Shown piece after piece: positions 48,752 to 58,237 of a DNA stretch of 64,000 nt. The position numbers were made by a program, and so were the translations under genes. Positions within the stretch are counted from its first letter, which is position 1; every line of letters begins with the position of its first letter. Origin of the DNA: Spirochaetia bacterium (GTDB taxonomy: Bacteria > Spirochaetota > Spirochaetia > SP-2023). The notes below the pieces were generated by a model. It worked only from the letters and a program-made list of their open reading frames with translations, had not been told where the DNA came from and ran no database searches. The stretch is from assembly GCA_965225855.1 (NCBI GenBank), contig CBDDCK010000005.1, positions 1,824,001 through 1,888,000 of the forward strand, in the 5' to 3' direction.

Positions 48752-50089
48752 ATGTTAGAATCTATTACTCAGAGTTTTTCTGGGATAACCAAACGCCTTT
48801 CTGGTAATCATAAAATTACAGATAAGAATATTCAAGAAAGCTTGGAAGAAATCCAAATTGCAATGTTAGAAGCCGATGTCAATTTGCGAATAGTGCGGCG
48901 ATTTATCAATAAAGCCCGTGAAGAAGCCCAAGGAGAGGAAATATTGCGCTCGGTCAATCCTGGCCAGCAATTTGTCAAAATTATTTACGATCGCATGGTT
49001 GAACTGTTGGGTTCTGAAGAAAAAGAGCTTAAACTAAAAGGGCCGGATACCATTTCTAGTGTTTTGATGTTAGGGCTACAGGGGGCAGGTAAAACCACTA
49101 CTACCGCCAAGCTAGCCAAAAAATTGAAATCCAAAGGCCGTAAAGTTTTATTAGTGGCATGCGATTTACAGAGGCCAGCAGCTATAGAACAGCTTCGCGT
49201 ACTTTCACAGCAAGTGGATGTCGGCTTTTTTGCGAATGAGGCTAGGGTATCTCCAGCAAAAGTTGCCGAAGAAGCCTTAGAATTTTCCAAGCGAGAAAGT
49301 TATAATGCAGTTTTGTTTGACACAGCCGGTCGCCTCCATATTGATGAAGAATTGATGAAGGAATTAGTCGCTATAAAAAAAGTAGTGAAACCAGTTGAAA
49401 GCATATTTGTTGCTGACTCGATGACAGGGCAAATTGCTGTTGAAGTTGCAAAAGAATTTAATGAAAAAATTGAAATTAGCAGTGTAATTTTAACGAAGTT
49501 TGACTCTGAAGCACGTGGTGGCGCAGCCCTTTCCATTCAAAGCATTGTGAAAAAACCCATCAAATATATTGGTGTTGGCGAAAAAATTCAAGACTTAGAT
49601 ATTTTTTATCCGCAGCGTATCGCATCTCGTATTTTGGGAATGGGTGATGTTATTTCGCTGGTAGAAAAAGCTCAAGAACTTACGAGTAAAGAAGATACTA
49701 CTCGTTTAGAAAAGAAACTACGAAATAAAGAATTTACTTTGGAAGATATGCTTGAACAGATCCAACAAATGAAAAAAATGGGTAGCGTTGAAGAAATTCT
49801 TGAATTAATGCCTGGAATGATGGATAAAGTGGATAAAGTGAAAGACCGACTTAGCGATCAAGATATTAAGCATAAGGAAGCCATTATTTTGTCCATGACC
49901 CGTCAGGAAAAACAAAATCATAAAATTATTGGCCCTTCACGGCGACGGCGCATAGCCAAGGGAGCTGGGGTTAATTTAGTTATGGTCAATCGCTTAATTA
50001 AAGAATTTGAAAAAAATCGCAATATAATGCGTAAAATGTTTAAAAATAAAGGCATGCAAGCAAATCTGATGAAATTGATGGGTTTTTAA
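48752..50089 (+). CDS. ffh: Signal recognition particle protein
   Basis: LEADV, GLQGAGKTT, DTAGR, RILGMGD, M domain. Confidence 0.97.
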   Translation: MLESITQSFSGITKRLSGNHKITDKNIQESLEEIQIAMLEADVNLRIVRRFINKAREEAQGEEILRSVNPGQQFVKIIYDRMVELLGSEEKELKLKGPDTISSVLMLGLQGAGKTTTTAKLAKKLKSKGRKVLLVACDLQRPAAIEQLRVLSQQVDVGFFANEARVSPAKVAEEALEFSKRESYNAVLFDTAGRLHIDEELMKELVAIKKVVKPVESIFVADSMTGQIAVEVAKEFNEKIEISSVILTKFDSEARGGAALSIQSIVKKPIKYIGVGEKIQDLDIFYPQRIASRILGMGDVISLVEKAQELTSKEDTTRLEKKLRNKEFTLEDMLEQIQQMKKMGSVEEILELMPGMMDKVDKVKDRLSDQDIKHKEAIILSMTRQEKQNHKIIGPSRRRRIAKGAGVNLVMVNRLIKEFEKNRNIMRKMFKNKGMQANLMKLMGF

Positions 50090-50143
50090 TTCTTTTGTGT
50101 TTCTGTAATGTGACAAAATAAACTAGGAGATAATTGAGACATT

Positions 50144-50887
50144 TCATAATGCAACTTCTGTAAACGCAACATTGCGGTATACAAAGACTGTTTTTTTGAT
50201 CAGTTTTGCTCCATAGCGTTTCTTCCAATCTTTTACAATTTCTAAAGAAGGCTTACCAACAGCAGAACGAATAGTAAAAGCAACCGTATATAAATCCGTT
50301 GTTATTTCGCCAGGTATTTTTATATTTCGGGCATAGTGCAGATTATTTTGTAAATTGATATGTGGTGTCAAATCAACCTTATTGGTTTGGCCAGTTGTTT
50401 GATTTTTAATTTTCGCTTGGATATCTAAATAGCCCACAAAGCCGCCGTAAACAGCTCCTTTCGGCAAGATTATTTCGGATTTGGTAGACCAATTTGCACG
50501 GGCTTCTAAATGAAGAACCATTTCACCTTCTTTTAATTCTCCGATAGACGGATATACCGTATCTTTCAATCCGCCTTCATGTATCAGGACACCTCCAAAA
50601 TTAAATACGATCCCGGGTTTAGCTACCGTTTCTTTACCGATTACAAGTTTATCCGACTCTTCATTTTCTTCTGTTGTAGAATAATAATGTGTTCTATTTT
50701 GTGAAGTTCGTACGGTTACCGCTGGCCCATCTTGGCTGTTTTGCCCGCGCGCCCATAACAAAGGGGCAAATAGGCCGAATCCAAAATTGGAAAATAGTAG
50801 CAGCAGTGGAATAGTAACTACCTGGAAAATGCCTTTGTTTGTATTTGTGGACAAATTGCTAATCATTGTTACTATTGAATTTACCAT
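50144..50887 (-). CDS. P19/Tp34 (Tpd)-family periplasmic iron-transport protein, paralog 2
   Basis: HLEARANW, GFVGYL, PHINL..NLHYARNI. Confidence 0.75.
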   Translation of the reverse strand: MVNSIVTMISNLSTNTNKGIFQVVTIPLLLLFSNFGFGLFAPLLWARGQNSQDGPAVTVRTSQNRTHYYSTTEENEESDKLVIGKETVAKPGIVFNFGGVLIHEGGLKDTVYPSIGELKEGEMVLHLEARANWSTKSEIILPKGAVYGGFVGYLDIQAKIKNQTTGQTNKVDLTPHINLQNNLHYARNIKIPGEITTDLYTVAFTIRSAVGKPSLEIVKDWKKRYGAKLIKKTVFVYRNVAFTEVAL

Positions 50888-50980
50888 AAATGAAATTCCT
50901 TGTAATATTTTCTTGTAAAAAGCCTCTATTTGGAACTTTTAAAATTTTCTAAATAAAGGCTTTTCGTATGGACAAAATAA

Positions 50981-51619
50981 CTATTGCCGACTTGCTTTGG
51001 CTATCCGTTCAAAGTCCACATCTTGATAAATAAATTTGGTGTCTTGCATTAAAGCATCACCATATGAGTCTTTCCAGTCTTTGTGAAGGGATACATAGGC
51101 TTTCCCAGTAGGGGAGGTGATGGTAAAAGCTACTGTATATAAATCAGTAACCTTTCCGGGTAAAACTATATTTCTGGCATAATGAAGATTATCAATCAAA
51201 TTGATGTGGGGCAGCAAATCGACAAAAGATTTATCACCTGTATTTTGATTGGTAATTTCTGCGGTCATTTCTAAATAAGCAACAAACCCCGCAGGAGGTG
51301 TCCCATCGGGAATATTTTCTTCTGCCCAGTTTGCACGCGCTTCAATATGAACATTGGCTACATCTTCTTGAAGATGATCGATCTTTCGATATACAGTATC
51401 TTTAATTGCTCCTTCAAAAATAAATATAATCCCCGGCTCTACCCGCTCTTCACCGATGACCAATTCTGCTACACCGCCAATGCCTGCTGCTGCAGAGCCT
51501 TGGCTCTTTCTCTCTACTGTTTGCGGAGCAGTAGTAGAAGAACTTTCCCCTTTAGCAAATAATTCTGTACCCATAACTAACAGCATAAATGAAAATCCAG
51601 CCGTCAAGTATATTTTCAT
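50981..51619 (-). CDS. P19/Tp34 (Tpd)-family periplasmic iron-transport protein, paralog 1
   Basis: Signal peptide (LFA-KGE), HIEARANW, GFVAYL, PHINLIDNLHYARNI. Confidence 0.8.
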   Translation of the reverse strand: MKIYLTAGFSFMLLVMGTELFAKGESSSTTAPQTVERKSQGSAAAGIGGVAELVIGEERVEPGIIFIFEGAIKDTVYRKIDHLQEDVANVHIEARANWAEENIPDGTPPAGFVAYLEMTAEITNQNTGDKSFVDLLPHINLIDNLHYARNIVLPGKVTDLYTVAFTITSPTGKAYVSLHKDWKDSYGDALMQDTKFIYQDVDFERIAKASRQ

Positions 51620-51638
51620 AAAAATCTCCTTTATTTAT

Positions 51639-51687
51639 GATAATGATTATTTTAAACAGATTTTATTGATTATATTGAGATTGTCAA
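51639..51687 (-). promoter_or_regulatory. Sigma70 promoter with adjacent Fur-box-like operator
   Basis: TTGACA (51687-51682), 16 bp, TAAAAT (51665-51660); GATAATGATTATTTTAAAC at 51639-51657 resembles the Fur consensus GATAATGATAATCATTATC. Confidence 0.65.
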
Positions 51688-51903
51688 CTAATGCGTAATA
51701 TAAATTTGAAAATCATTTTTAGATATTTGATATACAGGTGATATATTGGTTTATGGTTTCGTTGATGCAAGATGGGATAACTGGATTTCTACGCTGTATC
51801 GGTTGTAACAGCCACTTAATAAAATTTGCAATTATTGCCATTTACCAAGCGAATAGTAATATTTTTAGGTAGATTGGTAGCAGTTAATATGGTTATAATC
51901 TCA

Positions 51904-51995
51904 AAAAAAGCTAGTAAGGTTTTCAAAAAATCCAGGTAGGTCTTGGCTAAAAACCTTATTAGCTTTTTTATTTACAAACTTGGATTTTAAATGAG
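51904..51995 (+). repeat. Palindromic element family B, copy 2 (degenerate)
   Basis: aaaaaagctagtaaggttttcaaaaaa...ggctaaaaaccttattagcttttttatttacaaacttggatttt. Confidence 0.85.
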
Positions 51996-52157
51996 TAAAT
52001 TGGAATTTTAAAAAAATTTTTTGTTATTTTTTCAAAAATACTGGATAAAATTACAGAAATTCATATGCTTTGTTCCATGATGTTTGGTACGAGCATACGC
52101 AACGCAACGCCCAAGCTGCGCTTAGGGCGTTGCGTGAATACTTTATAATCATCTTTA

Positions 52158-52200
52158 TAAGCCCGCCCGTAGTGTATTTACATTGTGGGCGGGCTTATTT
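52158..52200 (+). terminator. Strong hairpin upstream of the 52280 gene (terminator/attenuator-like)
   Basis: ataagcccgcc...ggcgggcttattt. Confidence 0.65.
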
Positions 52201-52279
52201 GCGTTTGTAATAAACATTGCCCGTATTGTTCTTTGGGCAATGCCAATAAAAAACTATTCATTGATAAGGAGAACAAACA

Positions 52280-52735
52280 ATGAAAGATTATTTTTACTTA
52301 GACAAAAAGCGCACATTTTGGGGTGCCGTTTTGCTGTTGAGCCTTGTTTTATTGGTTGCTTGCGAATATCCTGAACATCCTGAAAATCTTAAAATAAGTT
52401 ATCGGTTTAACGTTGGCGATAGATTTATGGAAAGCTCTAAAAACGATGGCAGCATTAGCAATTACCTTATCATAAAACTACTGAATGATACATTTACTAA
52501 CGATGTATTTGTTAGTGGGCATTTTACTGGTACACACTTTAGTATGAATCTATTTAGTGGGCGAGGTTATTCCCACGATTTTGTTGGATATAATGAGATG
52601 GAAGGCTTAACTGCGGTGATTACCAAGAGAAGCGATACCACAGCTACCATAGAGCTTACTGGCAAAGCACTAAAACACACCAATGCCCCCAAGATATTAC
52701 AAAAGAAAGTAAAGATTTATGGTTTGGCATTGTAG
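52280..52735 (+). CDS. Hypothetical lipoprotein
   Basis: RBS AAGGAG; lipobox LLVA-C. Confidence 0.75.
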   Translation: MKDYFYLDKKRTFWGAVLLLSLVLLVACEYPEHPENLKISYRFNVGDRFMESSKNDGSISNYLIIKLLNDTFTNDVFVSGHFTGTHFSMNLFSGRGYSHDFVGYNEMEGLTAVITKRSDTTATIELTGKALKHTNAPKILQKKVKIYGLAL

Positions 52736-52884
52736 GGCCTGCTGTTACCAAAAGCAACGGGGCAGGACAGAAGAATGTAGGAATATCAGGTGGTAAGTAT
52801 TTTGGCATTGATTTTAATGATTAAAAAACTTTAACTTTCCCCTTGTTTGGGAAAGTTAAAAACTAAAGATAAAAGGAGAATCCT

Positions 52885-53106
52885 ATGGCAGTTATAGATA
52901 GGTTCATCAAGTTAGAGGAGGTGCCCGGTATACCTCAAACCAATGTTTCTGCAGACTATTGTTTTGATGAGTCCACTTTTCAGCTTCGTACTTATAAAGA
53001 TGGCGATACAAGTCGAGAAGAAGGTAGCAAGCAAAATATTCAGTTAAGTAAGCCTATGGCTAAAGAATTAGTTAAAATACTTCAAGAGTTTATTGCTAAG
53101 ACTTAA
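52885..53106 (+). CDS. Small conserved-looking hypothetical protein (73 aa)
   Basis: RBS AAGGAG; FQLRTY...SKQNIQL...AKELVKIL; followed by a terminator. Confidence 0.75.
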   Translation: MAVIDRFIKLEEVPGIPQTNVSADYCFDESTFQLRTYKDGDTSREEGSKQNIQLSKPMAKELVKILQEFIAKT

Positions 53107-53135
53107 CAAAATTACTTGCTCTATTTACAACAGGC

Positions 53136-53169
53136 AAAAGGCAAGGGGCTTTGTCTCCTTGCCTTTTTT
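53136..53169 (+). terminator. Intrinsic terminator
   Basis: aaaaggcaagggg-ctttg-tctccttgcctttttt. Confidence 0.8.
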
Positions 53170-53311
53170 GTTTTCTCAATTTCATTGACAATAAATAACA
53201 AGCCAAGAGAAACATCATCTAAGCACTCATAGCTTTATCAATTAATTAAGATACAAAAATCATTCGGTTACTTGGATCAAAGCAAGCTACTGAACTACCA
53301 AAGTAACAAAT

Positions 53312-53430
53312 TGGCAATAGGCAAATTCCTTGCTGTAATTTTAAAATCCTAGTAAGGTTTTCAAAAAAGCTAGTAAGGTTTTGGCTAAAAACCTTACTAG
53401 CTTTTTTATTTACAAACTTGGATTTTTCAA
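53312..53430 (+). repeat. Palindromic element family B, copy 3
   Basis: ctagtaaggttttcaaaaaagctagtaaggtttt-ggcta-aaaaccttactagctttttt. Confidence 0.9.
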
Positions 53431-53911
53431 ATAATGCATTTTTCTCCCTAGCTTATAAAACTTGCTGGACGATTTCTAATGTGGCTATTGATGCCTTACC
53501 AGTTTGGTAGGCAAATATATTAAGCAATGCCAATAATTTTCTTTGTTATTCTTTGGCCATATCTTTGGTTATGGCTGCAAGCAATTACTGTGGTTTTTAT
53601 TTGCTAGAAATCGTGCTTACCTCGGTAAATCATTGTGCTAGATAAATATCTCGTTACATTTTTTGGTATGCTCTGGTATGATATAGGCCATTCCATCAAG
53701 CTAAACCATAATTTTACCTTAGACTATGGTGTTCAATACATGCTTGCTTTTCTTCGTGCAATATAAGGTAAAAATTCCTAGTTATTACGTTTTTCTTTCC
53801 ATTTCGTTAAATTTTTTTATCCAATTACCGAAAATTTTAAAAGCTATGCGTATAATTTTGAGAATCAAGGTATGCAGGCAAATTAAACAAAGTTGATGAG
53901 TTTTTTAGTCT

Positions 53912-54277
53912 ATGCAAAAAGATACTTGGCAAAACGATATTTGGCTTGATTTTTGTGCTAAAGCCAACGCTCAAGAATCTTGGGCTCAATGCCAGCGCGC
54001 TTTGGCTTTAGAATGGCCTACGCAGATATTGGAATTGGCCAAAGCTCTTTATAGTTTACAATCTGGGGATGGGCATGCAGCCCACCAGTTTCTCCAAGAA
54101 GATACAACGGAATTGGGAGCTTGGCTGCATGCCCATTTGCATAAAATTGAGGGCGACCCAAGCAATGCTCGTTATTGGTATGCTCAAACCCAATTTGCAA
54201 ACTATACCGACTATTCTTTAACAGAAGAGCCTCAAATGATTTGGCAAGCCCTAAAAGAGACAGCAACAAAAAATTAA
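53912..54277 (+). CDS. Conserved hypothetical protein
   Basis: AHQFLQ...AWLHAHLHKIEGDPSNARYWY motif of a widespread uncharacterised family. Confidence 0.8.
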   Translation: MQKDTWQNDIWLDFCAKANAQESWAQCQRALALEWPTQILELAKALYSLQSGDGHAAHQFLQEDTTELGAWLHAHLHKIEGDPSNARYWYAQTQFANYTDYSLTEEPQMIWQALKETATKN

Positions 54278-54296
54278 AAATGAAAGTTCGTTACGA

Positions 54297-54800
54297 TTAT
54301 TCTGTACTGACTATTGTTTGTGCTTCTCCATTGTTATTGGCGGGTTTCTCCTCACCATTTTTTGCAGACTGAAAAATAGCTTCTAAAGCCCGCCAAATTA
54401 AAGTAGCGCATTTGACTCGCATAGGGTATTCATTTATTCCCTGAAACACTTGTAGCTTGCGTGGCAATTTTGCTAAAGCCGTTTGCTGCTCGGAAGAATC
54501 CTCGGCAAGCAATAATTGTAAAAAATAATCTTTTAATTGTATGGCTTCTGCTAATGCCTGTCCTTTCAGTAATTCACTCATAATCGAAGAACTGGCTTTT
54601 GAAATCGCACAACCTTCACCCCAAAAACTAATATTGGCAATAATGTTATTTTCGAGCTTAATGAAAAGTTGGTAGCTATCGCCACATAGTGGGTTCCGCC
54701 CAACTGTAGTATGGCTGTAATTTTCTAGCTTACAAAAGTTTCGCGGGGTTCGGTTGTGGGATAAAATTGTATCTTGATATAGTTGTTCAATATTTTTCAT
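54297..54800 (-). CDS. sufU: SUF system NifU-like sulfur-transfer protein
   Basis: NPLCGD, GCAISKAS, RVKCATL. Confidence 0.93.
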   Translation of the reverse strand: MKNIEQLYQDTILSHNRTPRNFCKLENYSHTTVGRNPLCGDSYQLFIKLENNIIANISFWGEGCAISKASSSIMSELLKGQALAEAIQLKDYFLQLLLAEDSSEQQTALAKLPRKLQVFQGINEYPMRVKCATLIWRALEAIFQSAKNGEEKPANNNGEAQTIVSTE

Positions 54801-54824
54801 AAAAATCCTAACGGAGAGTATCCA

Positions 54825-56123
54825 TTAATTTAACATAGTCTGGATTACTTTTTCCAAGCCGGCGCAAAACTGTTCGACATCTGTTATGCTATTATATACT
54901 GCAAGCGAAACTCTTGCGGTAGCAGGCAAGCCCAAATGAGTCATTAAAGGTTGAGCGCAATGATGGCCTGCTCGTATAGCAACATTGGCATTATCCAAAA
55001 TACTGCCAATATCGTGTGGGTGCACGCCATCTATAACAAAAGAGAGTACACCTATTTTGGTGGATAAGTCTACTTCATCGCCGATGATTTTTACTTTTTG
55101 GAATTCTGGACTGCAGCGAATGGCTTGGGTCATGTGGCGTAGTAATTCGCTTTCGTGTAAGTACAATTTTTTTTGTGATAGACTGCAAAAATAATCAATG
55201 GCAATTTCTAGCCCAAGCACCGCTGAAGCTGGCATCGTTCCAGCTTCAAAACGTTGAGGTGGGGAGGCAAAACTGCATGTTTCTGGTGAGACAAATTCAA
55301 TCATATTGCCACCTGTTTGGTAAGGAGGCATTTCTTCCAGTAATTCACGGCGGCCATATAAGACTCCTACCCCATCAGGGCCATATAGTTTATGCCCCGA
55401 GAAAACATAGAAATCACAACCTAAAGCGGCTACATTGACCCGCCCTTGTTCTGTGTTATGTACTACGGCCTGGGCCCCGTCTAATAATATTGGTATTTCC
55501 TTAGCTTTGGCCAGTTCACACAATTTTTCTGCCGGATTGATGATTCCTAAAACATTAGAAACGTGATTCAAGGCCATAAACTTGGTACGATGATCGCAAA
55601 GCTTTTCAGCTTCTTCACGGTCTAAACTACATTGTAGATGCTCACGGTAAGCTCCTGCTATTGAGTTTATTTTTACAGGAATTATTCGCAGTTCGGCTCC
55701 AATCTTTTTGCATAATTGTTGCCAAGGAACAAAGTTTGCATGGTGCTCCAACGCACTAATAACGATATTATCCCCTGGCTGTAAACGGGGCTCTACAAAA
55801 CTGTGAGCCACCATATTGATAGCCTCAGTTGCTCCCTTACAAAAGATTATCTCATCTGATCGTTTTGAGCCAATAAAAGTGGCAACCTTTTTGCGTACGT
55901 TTTCGTAAGATTTTGTCAATTCAGCACTTAAACGATAAACACCTCTGTGTAAAGGGGCATTCCTCTCACTCCAAAAATTATTGAAAAATTGTATGAGTTG
56001 GTAAGGCTTTTGTGATGTAGCAGCATTGTCCAAATAAGACCAGCTTGGATAACGCAATAAAATTGGAAATTCGGTTCGCCGTTCTGTAGCAAAATTATCT
56101 ACTATGTTAAGTATATCTTCCAT
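54825..56123 (-). CDS. sufS: Cysteine desulfurase
   Basis: YLDNAATSQKP, EHHAN, FSGHKLYGP, RAGHHCAQP. Confidence 0.95.
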   Translation of the reverse strand: MEDILNIVDNFATERRTEFPILLRYPSWSYLDNAATSQKPYQLIQFFNNFWSERNAPLHRGVYRLSAELTKSYENVRKKVATFIGSKRSDEIIFCKGATEAINMVAHSFVEPRLQPGDNIVISALEHHANFVPWQQLCKKIGAELRIIPVKINSIAGAYREHLQCSLDREEAEKLCDHRTKFMALNHVSNVLGIINPAEKLCELAKAKEIPILLDGAQAVVHNTEQGRVNVAALGCDFYVFSGHKLYGPDGVGVLYGRRELLEEMPPYQTGGNMIEFVSPETCSFASPPQRFEAGTMPASAVLGLEIAIDYFCSLSQKKLYLHESELLRHMTQAIRCSPEFQKVKIIGDEVDLSTKIGVLSFVIDGVHPHDIGSILDNANVAIRAGHHCAQPLMTHLGLPATARVSLAVYNSITDVEQFCAGLEKVIQTMLN

Positions 56124-56278
56124 AACTATTTAACCTTACTATAAAAATTAATCCACGAGTTGATCTACAAACAAAAGGATTACTAAGCATTTAAAGATGA
56201 CTTTTTTGTCAAGTTTTATCTTCAAATCTAATTAAAAAAGAACCTTTGTGGAAGGGCTCATTATATCTACATGTATTG

Positions 56279-57883
56279 TTAAGAAATATTCAAGTATTTA
56301 CGCACAAAGCAAAAAAGTAAACGAACCCCCATACTCTTGGAATTTTTCCCAAAAGAAGGATGTTCATCTAGACCCGACCAAGCTGCTAAATCTAGGTGCA
56401 ACCAAGAACAAGATGAATTGGTAGATTCCCCAGTTTCATTTTTTGGTAGGGCAAATTTTTCTAAGAATAATGCTGCTGTAAGTGAACCTCCCATAGAACT
56501 TTTGGTTGAAATATTGGAAATATCTGCTAAGGGACTATCTAAAAAGCTGGCATAGGGGCGGAACAACGGCATACGCCAAGCATCCTCTCCGGTTTCTCGG
56601 CTAGCTTGGGCAAATAATTCGGCAATTTGATTATCATTACTGTAATAAGCGCCACATTGTTCCCCCAAAGCAATGACAGCTGCCCCTGTTAAAGTGGCAC
56701 AATCTAGCAACAATTTGGGCTTTTTCTTTACCGCTAAATGAATTGCATCTGCTAAAATCAATCGACCTTCGGCATCGGTATTGTTAATTTCTACCGTTGG
56801 CCCCATTGCCGATTGGATTATATCCCCCGTTTTAATAGCTTTACAACCAATTTGATTTTCTACCAATGGAATATACGCCTTAATATTTGCTTGGATTCCT
56901 GTACTAGCTAAGTAGTAGAATGCCCCATAGACAATAGCCCCACCCATCATATCATATTGCATACCTTTAATATTTGTACTAACTTTAAGGTTTGTGCCAC
57001 CAGTATCAAAACAAACACCCTTACCCACTAAGGCAATATGGTCATTGGAAGAATGATCACCTTGGTAATCCAATATTAACAGGTGGGATTCACGAGGACT
57101 TCCTTGCCCTACTGCCAGCAATAAATTCATACCTTCTTGTTTTAGCCGCTCTTCACCCCATATTTCTTTTGTTATTGTCGGTGCACTTGCTATTTGTGCA
57201 GAGTTTTGCAAATTTTCTGGCAAATTTTTTGGTAAGTTGTTTTGTAAACTGGCAAGTTGTTCTACAGCAAAGTTACTAAAAAACTCGGGTGTGCAAATGT
57301 TTGCTGGGCTGAGAACTAATTTTAAAACTTGCTGCAGCGCAATTGTTTCACAGTTTATTTGCCAAAGCATGGTTTCTAACTTTTTAGGTAATTCCATTTC
57401 GGATTCTTTGTTGGGAATGATGAATAATACCGGTTGTTTTTGTTCTTTCTTTTTTTTCAAGTCGCTAAATTGATAAGAGCCAAACCAGAAACCTTCTAAT
57501 ATCAGGTAAAATTGTTCTAAGCTTAGGCCATAAATTAGTGGTAAGCCCACGCGCTGCCATTTTTCTTTTGCAACTACTGATGATAAATCTCTACCCCATT
57601 GTAATAAGGCTGAACTCTCACTACCTAATTTTTGGCTTTTATGGTCTAGGTCTATATAGCTCAAGTGTAAAGTCAGCAAATTATCGTTATCGCTATTGGC
57701 GAACAAACTACAGTCTTGCTGTTTATTTTTTTCTTCAGTCTTTTTTATCGCAAAAAAATGGATATTTTGCTCGATGCTTTGTTCCCAAGGCTCTATCCCA
57801 TTGATTTTGGGAAATTCCTGCTGACCTTGTTGAGCTAGGATTAGACAACAATTATCGGGTAAATCATTACTTTTAAGAAACAT
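56279..57883 (-). CDS. pepA: Leucyl aminopeptidase (M17)
   Basis: VGKGVCFDTGG, NTDAEGRL, ATLTGA, HLDLA. Confidence 0.92.
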   Translation of the reverse strand: MFLKSNDLPDNCCLILAQQGQQEFPKINGIEPWEQSIEQNIHFFAIKKTEEKNKQQDCSLFANSDNDNLLTLHLSYIDLDHKSQKLGSESSALLQWGRDLSSVVAKEKWQRVGLPLIYGLSLEQFYLILEGFWFGSYQFSDLKKKKEQKQPVLFIIPNKESEMELPKKLETMLWQINCETIALQQVLKLVLSPANICTPEFFSNFAVEQLASLQNNLPKNLPENLQNSAQIASAPTITKEIWGEERLKQEGMNLLLAVGQGSPRESHLLILDYQGDHSSNDHIALVGKGVCFDTGGTNLKVSTNIKGMQYDMMGGAIVYGAFYYLASTGIQANIKAYIPLVENQIGCKAIKTGDIIQSAMGPTVEINNTDAEGRLILADAIHLAVKKKPKLLLDCATLTGAAVIALGEQCGAYYSNDNQIAELFAQASRETGEDAWRMPLFRPYASFLDSPLADISNISTKSSMGGSLTAALFLEKFALPKNETGESTNSSCSWLHLDLAAWSGLDEHPSFGKNSKSMGVRLLFCFVRKYLNIS

Positions 57884-57970
57884 TTATACTCCTGTGATTT
57901 TGTTTTTCACTAATTATAAAGATATATTGAAAGAGAATAAATAGTAGGCTGGGCAAGATTCAAGAGAATT

Positions 57971-58130
57971 TTAACGCAGAATTTTTAACAAAATTTGATA
58001 TAAACTATATTCTTGGTCTCTCTCGATTATTTTCTTGCGAATTGTACCAAAAATAGAATTGATGGTATTTCTTGAGATTTTGATATAAATAGCCGCATCT
58101 TTGGTCGTTTGGCGAGCAATTTCATCTAAC
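57971..58130 (-). mobile_element. Possible IS1595-family transposase HTH fragment
   Basis: TTKDAAIYIKISRNTINSIFGTIRKKI resembles the N-terminal HTH of IS1595/ISXO2 transposases; AT-rich; no catalytic domain or IRs seen. Confidence 0.4.
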
Positions 58131-58237
58131 TGTTGTCCAGAACCAAAGCCTGTTGTCCAGACCAAAGCAAATTTATTTGGGGCTGTGTTGTGAGCTCATC
58201 TCCATTGAATATGCGTAGAATATGCGTACTTTGCTCG

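Noticed and set aside
51904..53430. Integron attC sites
   Set aside because: No RYYYAAC/GTTRRRY ends were recognised, the elements are far from stop codons, and there is no intI.
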